This document shows, in pieces, positions 11,366-23,833 of a DNA stretch of 64,000 nucleotides (position 1 is its first letter; each line of letters begins with the position of its first letter). Position numbers and translations under genes: made by a program. The notes under the pieces are model-generated. The model was given only the letters and a program-made list of their open reading frames with translations, was not told the DNA's origin and ran no database searches. Source of the stretch: Lama guanicoe (Eukaryota); NCBI GenBank assembly GCA_013239625.1, contig MU054391.1:1-64000 (forward strand), given 5' to 3'.

Positions 11366-11984
11366 TCCTGGATCTGAATTTCCTAGGTGGATGGTGTGGG
11401 GAGTGGACTGGCCAGGGGAAGGCACAGCTCTTTACCCTGGGAAAGTCCTGCAGATGTAGGAACTTCACACCCCTTCCTTCCCCCCATACCTGCTAGAAAT
11501 AATCAGACCTCTGAAATCAGCCAATGCAGCTTTAAGACATTCTCACCCTGAGGCAGATAAAGGAGCATGAGGGTCTTGAACCACCCCCAAGCTATCCCAG
11601 AATCCAGGCCCTGGAGGGTGGAGCCAGGATAGGGTGCTTGGCTCTCTGACCAGCAGGCCAAAGCAAGGAAAAAGACCAGTCCTGAGGGCAGGGGTCTCCT
11701 GAGGTCTGTGAGCCTGGTGCCTTGATGGGGTTCATTCCCTGTGGGAACATGAGTGGGGCCTGCACTGGTTATGTTTTCCACCTGAGCCCCCTGGATGAAG
11801 CCAGGGCAGAACTGGACTCAGGGATCCCCTGGCAGTGTTTCAAACTCTGACACAGTGGCTTTATAAAGGAATAGGAGAGTGACTGAGCATCTGACAGCCA
11901 ATTCTCTCTGGTCTGAGCTGCTTCCATCAGGACCACAGTCCCCTGCATGGAGTCTGCTGTAATCCACCTGCCCCCACCTGGGCT

Positions 11985-12173
11985 TTCCCCTTCTTCCCTG
12001 GACTCCTGACCCAGGTCAGATGCCTCTGTCCAAACACTGTGTCCCCCTCTCACTTTGGGGATAGTATGTCTGCTGTAACCCACCAGCCCTGACCCAGCCT
12101 CTCCTCTTCTTCCCTGGACCCCACTCCTAGGCCAGATGCATCTGTCTAACCACTGCATCCCCCTCTCACCTTG
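11985..12173. repeat. Diverged tandem duplication, period ~116 bp
   Basis: cttcttccctggac...ccaggtcagatgcctctgtcc...cactg...ccccctctcac occurs at ~11985 and ~12100. Confidence 0.8.
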
Positions 12174-12324
12174 AGACTGACAGGCCCTTCACAGGGCTGT
12201 GATCCTGCCACTCCCTACACCCCAGAAAGCAGCCCCACCTTCCCTGTTTGCTGAGCCAAGACACCTGGGGCTTCCCAGTCCCCCACTTTCCTTGTGCCTT
12301 GGTGACTGTCAGCTCTCCCTCCCA

Positions 12325-12440
12325 AAATCCCAGGTGGTGTTTTGCAGAAATTGACAACCAATCTAAAATTCACATGGAAAAGGCAAGGGGCTCAGAATAG
12401 ATCAAAGAATCCTGAAAAAAGAAGAACAAACTTGGAGGTA
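12325..12440 (+). mobile_element. L1 ORF2 fragment
   Basis: tttgcagaaattgacaaccaatctaaaattcacatggaaaaggcaaggggctcagaatag. Confidence 0.8.
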
Positions 12441-13168
12441 TGGAAACCCAGGCAGACCCCTATAGTTGGTATAAAGACACTTTAAGCTGAAGATACTTGA
12501 GATTTAGATGCATGAAAAAACCCTTCTTGGAGCTCCCCTTATCTGAATAAAAGCAGAAACTTCTGAGGAATGACTACAGCTATCAATTACCTCATCAGAG
12601 TGGCTTCTATTCCCAGGAGAGAGACCAACAGTCAACCTACCATAAATGCCTTCAGTGGGATGTTTTAGGACCCAGAGGAAGAGGCAAAGACCACTCATCT
12701 GTGTACAGACACAGATTATGTGTGTAGACATAATAACATGGGTACAGGTCCATGTAGACAACAGATTATGCTGCCATCAAGCCATCAGCCACTGCAGCAG
12801 CTGCCTCCCAAAGGTGCACCCTGAGGGGAATTTAGGATTAAAAAAAAAAAATGAATACTGACCCTAGACAGTTAAGGTGCATATCAAAGGAATAATTTCA
12901 ATGAGCCCAGATGCTTGAATCTTCCCATACACAGAAAAACACTAAAATCCTTAACATAAGATGTATGTTTTTCATTATTAGCAATAGTCTTTTAATGTTT
13001 GAATACTTTTTTTTCAGCAAAAACTCATATAACCTGGCTCCTCCCTTACCTCTTTGGAACAGTTCCTCAGAGCTATGTGAGGAGCTGTTTCCAGGCTATA
13101 GTCCTCAGCCATATCCCCAAATAAAATGTAATTATCAACTTTTAGGTTGTGCTTTTTTTCATTAGACA
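12441..13168 (+). mobile_element. ERV1 LTR(s): MER34-like 5' part joined to an LTR related to the 15609 family
   Basis: 12750-13168 aligns with 15660-16103 (catcaagccatcagccactgc, aaaggaataatttcaatgagccc, aataaaa...ttttaggttgtgc...gaca). Confidence 0.7.
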
Positions 13169-13444
13169 CCTACAAACATGAAAGTATCAGACGGGGCCTG
13201 GGGCTCCTTTCCAACACTCCCCAAACATGGTTTCACAGAGCACACAAAAGGAGAACTATTGGCATCTGGACCATAATCAGTTTTCATTAACAATAAGAAG
13301 TGAGCTGCCTGTGCCTTTCCAGAGCTACGTCTTGCTTAGCCAGCATCCAGGCCCCTGTGTTACTGCTGTATTGCCCTGCTCCTTGTGCTCACATTCCAGA
13401 GCTAGTACAAGACAGAAAAAGACGGCAGTACTGAGTCACTCACA

Positions 13445-13612
13445 CTTTTTTTAAATTGAAATATAGTCCATTTACAATGTTGTGTCACTCTTGGGGCACA
13501 GCATGATAGTTCAGTCATATGTATATATACATATGTTCTTTTTCATATTCTTTTCCATGATAGGTGACTGCAGGATATTGAATATAGTTCCCTGTGCTCT
13601 ACAGCAGAACCT

Positions 13613-13648
<36 letters not shown>

Positions 13649-14078
13649 GTTAGTATCTGCAAATCTCAAACTCCCACTTTATCCCTTTCCACCCCCTTTC
13701 CCCAACTTCACTTCCTATAAGTTTGTCTTCTATGTCTGTGTCTGTTTCTGTTTTGTAAATAAGTTCATTTGTCTTTTTAAAAAATATTCCACATATAAGT
13801 AATATCATTTGTTATTTTTCTTTCTCTTTCTGGCTTACTTCACTTACAATGATGATCTCCAGGTCCACCGCTGTTGCTGCAAATGGCATTATTGTATTCT
13901 TTTCTACGGCTGAGTAGTATTCCATTGTATAAATATACCACAACTTCTTTAACCAGCCGTCTGTTGATGGACATTTAGGTTGTTTCCATTTCTTGGCTGT
14001 TGTGAATAGTGCTGTTACAAACATTGGGGTGCATGTGTCTTTTCAAATTAAAGTTCCCTCTGAACATATGCCCAGGAG
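13445..14078 (-). mobile_element. Lineage-specific (camelid-type) L1 3' end with a (TA)n tract
   Basis: Minus [42 protein letters not shown] is the L1 ORF2 C-terminus; (TA)n at ~13619-13645. Confidence 0.92.
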
Positions 14079-14567
14079 TCATTCACACTTTTATTGGTGC
14101 CTGTAATGCCTGGGCCTGTGTTAGGCAATAGGCAGCCATAGTCAAATGTTAGATAATTTGTACAGTAAAGGGGCAGATAATTTATATGATAAAGTAGACT
14201 TTTGCTGCTACTTAACATTTTCTTCACAAATCTAAGGTCACTCAAAGGTAAATAAGGAAATAATTGAATGTTTAGGGAATGGAAGCAGAGAGTAAAACTG
14301 TAACTTTCTGTTGCTGTTTCTTTTTTTAAGTCAAAAATTTCCACTTTAAAGGTGAGGAAATTGAAGCCAGAGAGAAGAAAATCTGCATGTAAGGTCCAAA
14401 TCAGTGCATTGAGATCTCTGATATAACCAGCATGAGACTAGCCCATTGCCGTAAGCAACTAGAAAAATGACCAAACATATGAAGCAAATGTTTTCAGAAA
14501 CTGCACATCAGGTAGAAAGGACTGTGTTCCTTGAGTTCCTTGAGTGAAGAGATATAAATTGACCCTA

Positions 14568-15410
14568 CTATGATGGTTTAAATAGGCCCACAAATTCCTT
14601 GATCATTTCAAGAGGGAGAGCCTAATTCCTCTACCTTTGATTGTGGGCTGAATTTAGAGTTTTGCATTTAACAAACAAAAAATCATGTAACATAGCCAGA
14701 AATAGAAAGAAAAATGCTATATGATATCACTTAAGTGTGGAATCTTAAAAAAAAAAAAAAAGACACAAATGAACTTAATGAAAAACAGAAACAGAGTCAC
14801 AGACATAAAGAACAAGCTTATGGTTACCAGTGGGTAAACAGGGTGGGAAGGGGTAAATCAGGAGTTTAAAATTCGCACTTCTTGGGGAATGATGGAAATG
14901 TTACCTATCTTGATTGCGGTCGTGGCTTCATGGGTGTATACATCTATCAAAATTCACCAGACTGTACGTTTGAAATATGTGTAGTTTACTATACAGAAAC
15001 CATATCACAATTAAGGAGTTAAAAACCAAAAATAAAATTTAAAAGTATGTGATTTTTGAAACTTTGGAGAACAGGTCTAAGGCAGAGGATATTCCTCCTT
15101 GCTCTCTTTCTAGGCTCACAGACTCTAGGGGATGCCTGGAACCACACACTTTGAGCACACACAAACACATGCAGGGAACCAGGAGGAACTGCCCTCCACC
15201 AGCAATAATGTACCAGGCAAAGGAGTAACAATCACCTTGGAGGCAGATCCTCCAGCACCAGATGGTAATGATGATGACTTGGCTGCAACCTCATGAGAGG
15301 TCATGAGTCAGAACCACCCAGCTACCCCCCGCCTGGATACTGGACCCACAAAAACTATGGGAGAACATAAGTGTTTGCTAAGTTGATAAACTGCACGGTA
15401 ATGTGTTAAG
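14568..15410 (+). mobile_element. MLT1E/F-like MaLR LTR interrupted by L1 3' fragments (~14690-15030)
   Basis: aataggccccacaaattcctt...cctaattcctctacctttga start; cttggaggcagatcctccagc...gctgcaacctcatgagag...cagaaccacccagct 3' part. Confidence 0.7.
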
Positions 15411-16420
15411 CAACATTACACAATTCATACAAATTTTGGTACCTATAGCACTGGGTTGTTATAACAAAAACCTAAAATGTGGGAGTGGCTTTGATATCAG
15501 GCAGTGGGAGAAAGTGAAAAGGATTTCAGAAGTGTTAGTGAAAGCTTGACTTGGTGTCAACAGACTGTTAACAGAAGTCCATGTTTTCAGGAGGCTGTTA
15601 GTGAGGACTGTGAATGAAAACACTGCAATGTGAGTGAAAATACTGCAACCATATCAGTAAACAAAGAATGCTGAAACCAAGTCATCAGTGGCTGCTGCCA
15701 CCCCCCCAGTGGGGATGGGCCTGCAGCCCAGCCTCTGCAGCCACTCACAATGGTGCACTCTAAGCAGACTCAGAATAACAAAGGACAGGATACTAGCCCT
15801 GGATAGCTAGGTGCTTGTCAAAGGAATGAATTCAGTGAGCCCAAATGTTTGCTTCCTCCCATAAATAGAAAAGCACTAAATTCTTTAACTTGAGATGCCT
15901 GGTTTTCTTTAGATAACAAGTAATCTTTTATTGTTCCAACTACCTGGTCTTTGTTGTAAAGCTCCTATATATCCTAGCTCCTCCCCTACCTCTTGGGAGC
16001 AGTCACTCAGAGTGATCTGAGAGGCTGTCATGCCGTCTCGAGTCCTCCCACCAAATAAAACATAACTCTTAACTTTTAGGCTGTGCATTTATTTCAGTTG
16101 ACAGGACTTACAGGATAGTATCAAAAACTCTGACTACAAACTAGAGGAAAGAGGATCTTTGTTATCTAGTGTCAGAAAGTTTAGTAACACTGTTCCTACA
16201 GTAATGTGGAAAGTTCAAAATGAGCCCAAGCATTAGGTGAACTAGCTAAGATTTCCAGAAAGTACTGAGTGTCTCCTAGCTGCTTCTTCCTTGCTGTTAA
16301 ACTAAATAGCAAAAAGGAGACAGATAGCTGAAAGAAGGACTATTGAACAAAGGGGGGGCCAGAGGATGATTTGGGGAATTCCCTGTCTCTCCAGATAACA
16401 TAAAATGCTAAAACTTAGAA
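15411..16420 (+). mobile_element. MLT1 internal sequence, split by a solo LTR
   Basis: aattttggtacc...ataacaaaaacctaaaatgtgggagtggcttt directly follows the LTR; resumes at 16104. Confidence 0.7.
15609..16103 (+). mobile_element. ERV1 solo LTR (cetartiodactyl MER41-like, tentative) with 4-bp TSD
   Basis: TGTG...GACA termini, TSD ggac at 15605-15608 and 16104-16107, AATAAA near 3' end, 20-bp tandem duplication at the 5' end. Confidence 0.9.
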
Positions 16421-18037
16421 ACAGACTATAGGCACTTCTGAGAACCACCCTGTAAGGGAGCCCTCCTGGAAACAAGATGAGTTCACATGTTGACACCTCC
16501 TTGGTGTCCAAATTGACCCTGTCAACTTCAGTAACTGTACTGCACAAATTAAATTGTCTGGAGGGTTAGAAAAAAAGGCATCCAACACATCTCAAGTTAA
16601 AGAATTTAGTGCTTTTCTATTTATGGGAGGAAGCAAACATTTGAGCTTGTTGAATTCATTCCTTTGACAAGCATCTAGCTATCTAGGGCCAGTATCTTGT
16701 CCTTTATTATTCTGAGTCCCCTCAGAGGGCACCATTGTGAGCAGCTGCAGAGGCTGGGCTGCAGGCTTGTCTTCACTGGGGGTTGGTGGCAGCCGCTGAT
16801 GACTTGATAGCTTCAGCATTCTTTGTTTACTGATATAGTTTGCAGTATTTTTCATTCACAGTGCTCCCCCTTGGTCCTAAATTTGACCAATATTTTGGGA
16901 GACATTTCATGACCAATTCTGTCCCATAATGCTACGAAGGCTCATTCCTAGATCAGGCAGAAGATTCTGTTGACATGCCACTCAAGTGTTAATTTTTGGC
17001 TCAGGCCCTGTTGATACTCAAAAATTCTCTGGGTCACCTATTTTACTAATCTATCATGATCCAGGAAAATATTCCCTCATGTTGCTTCGTCCCATATCTA
17101 GAGTTGCACTATTACAATCATTGGTCATACAGAAGTATATATCTCATCTACTGTTTCAAGTTGCCTAGTCATTATTTTATCAGAGGCTCAGTCACACATT
17201 TGGTAATGCAGAAACAATTTTATAAAAAAGGCAAAATACAAATACTATAGTTAACAGTATTAGTAAGGTCATAAGAATTTAAGCCAAAAACTTCCATTAG
17301 GTGAAGCTCAGTGAATTCCCAGGTCATATGAATTAGTCTGTTCTGTACTAATCCTTATCTTTAAGGAAGATGTTATACAGGCATTGTCATAAGACTCCCA
17401 GCCAAATTTCATAGTGTTACTGGGTTGGTTATCTTTAGTATAGCTTAATTTTTCCAACATAAGAGAGCCTTTAAACTTGAATGTCCATACCCTGGTGTTA
17501 ACTATATAAGTCCTTTCCATAATTGAGGGAAGTAATATTCTTTGCTTGTTGCCTTGATTGAGCTTGAGTGATCTTATAAGAATATTCATATTTATGGTCA
17601 GGCTCAGAGCAGGTATTATTAATTGGCCAGGTGAGGTCTCCCATCTTGTAATGTCAATAGTGGCCTAAAAAGCTGTAATTTCTTTTTTAGAATAAATTTT
17701 CTGAGGGCTATCTAGTTAGAGCCTTGGAGTAGGGAAACCCACCAAGGTAACACAGAAGTGGTAGATATAAGTAATTGACCATAAACCTGACAATTGGATT
17801 AGTTCATAAGCAAAGGTATGAGCAATTACCAAAATAATTGGTAGACAGGCCTGGTCCAGTGTCTCAGGTCAGATGTCTACCTCAGATGTCTTCTCATCCT
17901 GGCCTGGTATCTTCTTCTCCATTTGAGCATTGTTTTAAGGAGAGCAGTGCTCTATAGGTCAGTCCAGTGCAGGGACTCTTTCTGACTGGAAATTAATCCA
18001 AAATTCAGTTTCCTTCAGTTTCTGCTGTGTATGATCT

Positions 18038-18140
18038 AGTTAAGAGTACCTGATAAAGGGCCCTTCCATCCAGGTTGGAGATAGTTTTTTAAGTCATGTC
18101 TGTTCCAGTATGTGTAATGCCCCGGTTGTGGATCATGGGG
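18038..18140 (-). pseudogene. pol: Retroviral integrase C-terminal remnant (GPY/F motif), frameshifted
   Basis: Manual translation HDPQPGHYTYWNRHDLKNYLQPGWKGP(+1)YQVLLT resembles the gamma-type motif LxPRWKGPYxVLLT. Confidence 0.8.
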
Positions 18141-21100
18141 AATTGGGTCTTCATCCAAGGGTAGGTTACAGAGCTTCAGAAACAAACCTAGACTGTCCTT
18201 TTCATAATTCAATTAAACTTTGCAGCAATGTAACATAGCAGCAAGGAATGATCTGGGAAGTGAGTCTTAGTAAATATAGACCTCAATTAACAAAACTAGA
18301 ATTTAATATCCACTAAAATATAATCATTTTCTCTCTGAAGTTACCCCCATTTTTATCAAATATAGCCAAATCAAGATTAATTTGTTTACAAGTTAAGACT
18401 GATTATTTGATCATAGATGTTCTTTTAAAATGGCTGTGTTGGAACTTTTAATAAGTCTCAGGCTATAATTTTAATAAGCTTTTCTAAGGCCAAGAAAGCT
18501 ACATTAAGGGCTTGTCATAGATTTTTGCCTCACAGATTTAGGTGAACTTTTTTCTCTTTAAGGTCCTCAAAATACTTTGTGATTCCTATACCTGTTAGGA
18601 GGTGATTTTCCTAATTTATCTGATAGAGCCACCTAAGTGTTTCCAGTCTCTGGAGGGATCAGATAGAGAGAAAAGAAACTGTTCCAACTCTGCTTACATA
18701 GGTATGTTTGTCAAATTGCTTTGAGTCATAATTAGCTTAAGGAGAAGGCTTTCTTTATGTCTGGGAAACACAGATTAAAAGCCAGTAATATTTCAGACAA
18801 AAATCAAAAATTATAACCATATTCATCAGTTTACTCAGTCCCATGTAACTAATCCTTTTGTTAACAGTTTTATGAAATCAGAGTTTTCATTAGATCTTTA
18901 AAATTTCTTACCCAGTTTAGTTCAGTGCTAGAGTTTAAAATTTATTAGAAACCAGCAAATCTCCTAGAAGAGAAAGCATTTTGCAAAAGCATCACTATAA
19001 AACAATAACTGTCTCTAAGTGACAAAAGACTTAAAAGCATGATTAAACACCTAGTTACACTATAATCAATAAAGAAACCTGGTCACAATAACCAGAATTA
19101 TGACTGGTAACATTTCAGATATACCATATTTTTAGGGATTCCATATAATTTCTAGAATATCTACATTAATAGTATTATCTCATACAATATAATCTAGGAA
19201 GATTTATTATTCATTTGACAATACTTCCCACATAATTTAACATAACAAATGAAATTACTAGTTTACAATCTCTCTTTGGGATGTTTCAGGGGCCCTCTAA
19301 AGCATCCCAGATTTAGCCAGAGGTCAGAAGAATTCTGATTAAAGTTTGATATTTGGGAAACTTGTTAAAAAGTTTCAAAACACTTGGTCAGATAAAAGTA
19401 TAGGTCACTATGAAACAGTACTTATTCATTAACAAGAAAATATTTCAAAAGTAAATGCAGAATAGATCACTTAAGGGATAAAAGAAACTTTACAATCTGT
19501 TAGTGAAGGCAGATTAACATTTTAAGAAAACTTTGTCCTCTTAACAGAGAGAAAACCAAATCTAGTCTTGTACCAGCTTACTTCTAAGATTCTATTAAAT
19601 TTATTCTAAACTTAACCAATCCTGACCATGTACAAAATTATTTCCTCAGGATCTCTCTTCCACAAGCCTTCAACAACTTTCTATACCATATTATTTTGTC
19701 CCTTATTTTCTCTTCCATTCAGAAGTAACCAGCTTCAGGACAAAGTCACTATTTCCCATTAACCAAAAATATAATTCCATTTCTCATACCTTCTTTTACA
19801 CATTCATCTTACTTTCCTAGGATACTGAGATGTTTCCCTTACTAGTAGAGAATTCAGGATGGCACTAATCATTTATTAACATTTCTAAACACCTTTAGTT
19901 TCTCTATAAGAGGAAGTCAAATGTTAAGCAATTAATATTTCAATCTTATTTTATCTGAAAATGACATAGCTATTTAATAAACTCTCATCATTTAACTTAA
20001 TTTAGCACAACTCTTGAATTTTAAGATACCAAATATTTACAGAGATTATCTTAAGCATGCTTTTCTAAAAATATATTTCTAAAGCATGTACTAAAAAGCT
20101 CTTAGCTCATTTGTATTTAATTTACTTAGAATTTTATCACCACGTTATTACTTTTTTTTTTTTTGACAAATCTGCAACAGATATAACAAGACCTTATTTG
20201 ACTTTCATTAAACCTAGGTATAGTAAAGGTATTATACTTAATATTGCTGACTCTAAAGATGTCTATATTAATTAGAACAAACTTAAACTAAATTTAATAC
20301 CAAGTATTAACTTAATATCGATTATTTTCCAGCTCACGTGAACCTGAAACTCAATTTGGTCAATTTTTATTTTAGAAATATTTAATTTGTAGTGCTTATT
20401 TTTTAGTCAGTTAAGTAGAGCTCTTTGATTTTGATATTTTTTAGCAGTAGAGACATCTCATATCTATAACGTGTACACAGACTTATAAACAGACAAAACT
20501 AGAGGTCTCATAGCTTCACTTTAAAACTTAGTTATGAGTTAGCTATTACAATATAAATTTACTGCTTATAAATGATGGAATACATTGAATTTGCTTGCTC
20601 AAATCACTAAGGCTTACTATTTATGAAAAAGATATTTAGATTTCTATTTGTCCTTGACAAAATCTGAAGGACCCTTCAGATTTCTGAGTTCTAAAATGCC
20701 AAAAGTTTCTTTGGCTTTAAGTTTTTATTTCATTGAGCTAATTAGGCTCAGTCTCAGGTCATTGCTTGCTGTATTTATATTTCTGATCTGCAAGACAAAG
20801 AGTTGCTTCCAGTTCCTGAAAGAACTGGTCTGTCACCTAGGTCCAATTGTAGCTCCTTAATTTGCTTTTCTGTATCAGTGAGAAGAGCTCTAAACAAAGA
20901 ATTTTTATTTTTTTTTTTAATTTTAAGGCTTACTATATCATGTCTTCAAAAGTTTGCATAAGGCATTTAGTAAGGTCTCTTTTCCTTGAGTTATAAGTTA
21001 AACCCAGGGTAAATCTCTTATTATTTTTTATTAGCCCCTGAATATTAGTTTTTAGTTCTACTTTATATTGGACAGCTCAGGTAACTCTATTCATTTCCTT

Positions 21101-22899
21101 TACTATTTTTTATTAATATTTTCTGAGGGACGGATATGTGCCCAGTCTTATAATACCAAGAAAGGGAAGCATTTTTCATTGAAATATATCCATCCCGCAA
21201 CATAATTAAGCAAAAGAGGTTATATAAAGCCCACTTAAATATATCAATTTTATAAACCATTATCTCAATTTTATCAACTCTTATACCCTAAATTTTAATA
21301 TTTATTAGGTTTAATCAATAAGTCTTATTTCTAGAAAGAGTGTCAGATGCGTTTTTCTTTTATTTCTTGTCCACTTTATATAATTTTATATAAAAGTCTC
21401 TGGGATCCCCAAGTTTGAGCCAAAGGACTTAGGCCCTTGTCAATTTTTAATTTGATTAATTGGTCTGTTGCCCCAATCATTGATCAAGTATATCGGTCTA
21501 TATATTTTTTCCAGCCCTATAAATATATATATTTTAAACTGGGGTAAATAAAGTGGACTTGTTTGAACTTTATTGTCGGGGTCCAGTAGGTGATCCCTTT
21601 GGCTTTTTTAAACTTTACGTAGTGTAGAATCAAAACCTTGTATCTTAATCCATAAATGTCCATTTTATTTATCACATTCCAAATAACCATCTAAACATAT
21701 TTATCCATTTCGGATAAGTCCCTTATTTTTCCCTTGTTAAGAAAAAAATCTTTTGACCTTTTTTACATTCCTTTTTCCAGTTACTCAACCTAATTAACAT
21801 TAATTATTCTAATGTTTTTATTAGCATCTCTAAAACCCATTAAAGGGAAAGGGAAATAACAAATGTAGCTTTCTAAACCATTTTTTTTCTAAGTTCTTAG
21901 ACTAATAATTATATATATTTTCCCACCTTTAACCTTGATTGATTTTAATAGGTACCAATAAAGCAGCTGTTTATAATGAGAGCTCTCTCAGCTTTCACCA
22001 ATTTAGAAGTTTCTCCAATTTAAAGGATAGATCATATGGCCATCAATGAGATATATCAATATATATCAATTACATATATTAATATATCAATATATATTAG
22101 TAGTGATTTTAAACTAATAAGATGAAGCGACTCTCCCACATGAGGGGGGGGGGTGCCACCTAAATAAAATTCAAAAGTTTACTCCCCAAAAGGTAAAGGC
22201 CTTTGCAGTCCAGGCTGATGCAACAAAGGTTAAGATGGCAAGATGCCTGAGAATTGGTACAATCAAAGGACTGTTCAGAATCCCAACTTATTTGCTTGGC
22301 CACACTATGTACACCATACTTGTTCCTTTTGGATGGCAGTCCAAGTTTTCTTTAAAAAAGAAACACATACATACATACATACACAGAAAATGCCCAGAGA
22401 AAGATAAAACATTTACATTTCAAGGACACAGGAAGAGAAATCCAAGTCCCCCTAAAGGGGCTTTTGTTTTTGTAAGATCAGAATTCCAAAAAATATTTTT
22501 ATCAGGCCTGGCTAGTTATTTTCAGGGTGAGATTTTTTTAATTTTCAATTAAATTTGTAAGTTTTGTACGTACATAAACCTGGTTGGGGTATTAGTTGGA
22601 GGCTGGAAATCTGTCATTTCTTTTTCTTTTGTTTTCAAAGGTCTATTCTCAATCTAAGGTCAGGTTATTAAAATAAAATTGCTAGTAGGTTTCCCCACAG
22701 AGACAACTGCACATTTGCCTCTACCACTCCTGCAAGTTTCTCAGTCACCTGAAAAAGCTGTTGCCAACCAGGGGGAGAGTCCCATTTTTGGAATCAAAAG
22801 GCTCCTCATAAGATTTTTACTTTTATCCTGATAAATTCAATGGAGGTAACCAAAATGAGGAAAGCATTAGACCAACCTCTTACCTAACCACTCTGTCCA

Positions 22900-23150
22900 G
22901 ACCCTGGTATCTTTCAACCAGGCCCCAGCCAGGGTGTATCCACTGGGTGGGTATTTCCCTGGCATCTTTCACAAAGCCCCACCTAGGACATCTCCTCAAG
23001 GTGGGTATTTCCCTGGTGTCTTTCAAGCAGCATCCCCCTCACCTAGGATGTCTCATCTAGGTGTGTATTTCCTCTTATCTTTCAATCAGATCCCACCCAG
23101 CATGTCTCCACTGGGTGGGTATCCCTCCACCCTGGTACCTTTCAACTGGA
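22900..23150. repeat. Diverged ~55-bp tandem repeat in the proviral leader
   Basis: 4-5 copies of (c)actgggtgggtatttccctggyrtctttca...cccacctagga. Confidence 0.8.
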
Positions 23151-23339
23151 GGGCCAGGTACTGGATACACCACCAAGTAAAACTCAGGATCATCAACCAA
23201 TATTAGAGATCTGAGAACCAGGAGAGACTCACCCAAATTCATCTGGACTCAAGGAGGCAGATGGGCACAAAGGGCCTCTGCTGGTACCAAGGCTCTGGTT
23301 CCTCATAGAGTTCAGGTAAAGGAGAGAAGTCTGCTCTCG

Positions 23340-23356
23340 GTCCCTTCTGGTCAGCA
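23340..23356 (-). other. Primer-binding site, degenerate tRNA-Arg type
   Basis: Minus strand tgctgaccagaagggac versus Arg PBS TGGCGACCACGAAGGGAC, 4 nt after the 5' LTR end. Confidence 0.7.
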
Positions 23357-23833
23357 TAACAGTCAACTGAAATAAATGGGCAGCCTAAAAGTTGAGAGTT
23401 ATGTTTTATTCAGCAGGAGGATTCAAGCTGAGATGACAGCCTCTCAGATCTCTCTGAGCTCCAAAGAGGTAAGGAAGGAGCTAGGATATATAGGAGCTTT
23501 ACAACAAAGACCAGGTAGTTGGAACAATAAAAGATTACTTGTTATCTTAAAAAAAGCAAGCATCTCAAGTAAAAGAATTTAGTGCTTTTCTATGTATGGG
23601 AGGAAGCAAACATTTGCACTCATTGAATTCCTTCCTTTGACAAGCACCTAGCTGTCTAGGGCCAGTATCTTGTCCTTTATTATTCTGAGTCCCCTCAGAG
23701 TGCACCATTGTGAGTGCCTGGAGAGGCTAGGAGGCAGGCTTGTCTTCACTGGGGGGTGGCAGCAGCTGCTGATGACTTAATGGTTTCAGCATTCTTTGCT
23801 TACTGATATGGCTTGCACTACTATTTATTCACA

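Larger units (their letters stand above)
16588..23833 (-). mobile_element. Decayed ERV1 provirus with a largely non-coding, AT-rich (MER4-group-like) internal region
   Basis: 5' LTR 23361-23833; truncated 3' LTR ~16588-16860; polypurine tract aagggggag just before the 3' LTR; PBS at 23340-23356; integrase remnant at ~18040-18140. Confidence 0.88.

Noticed and set aside
16861..23340. Intact gag/pol/env or a co-opted syncytin-like gene
   Set aside because: No ORF over ~105 aa; only a frameshifted integrase tail is recognisable
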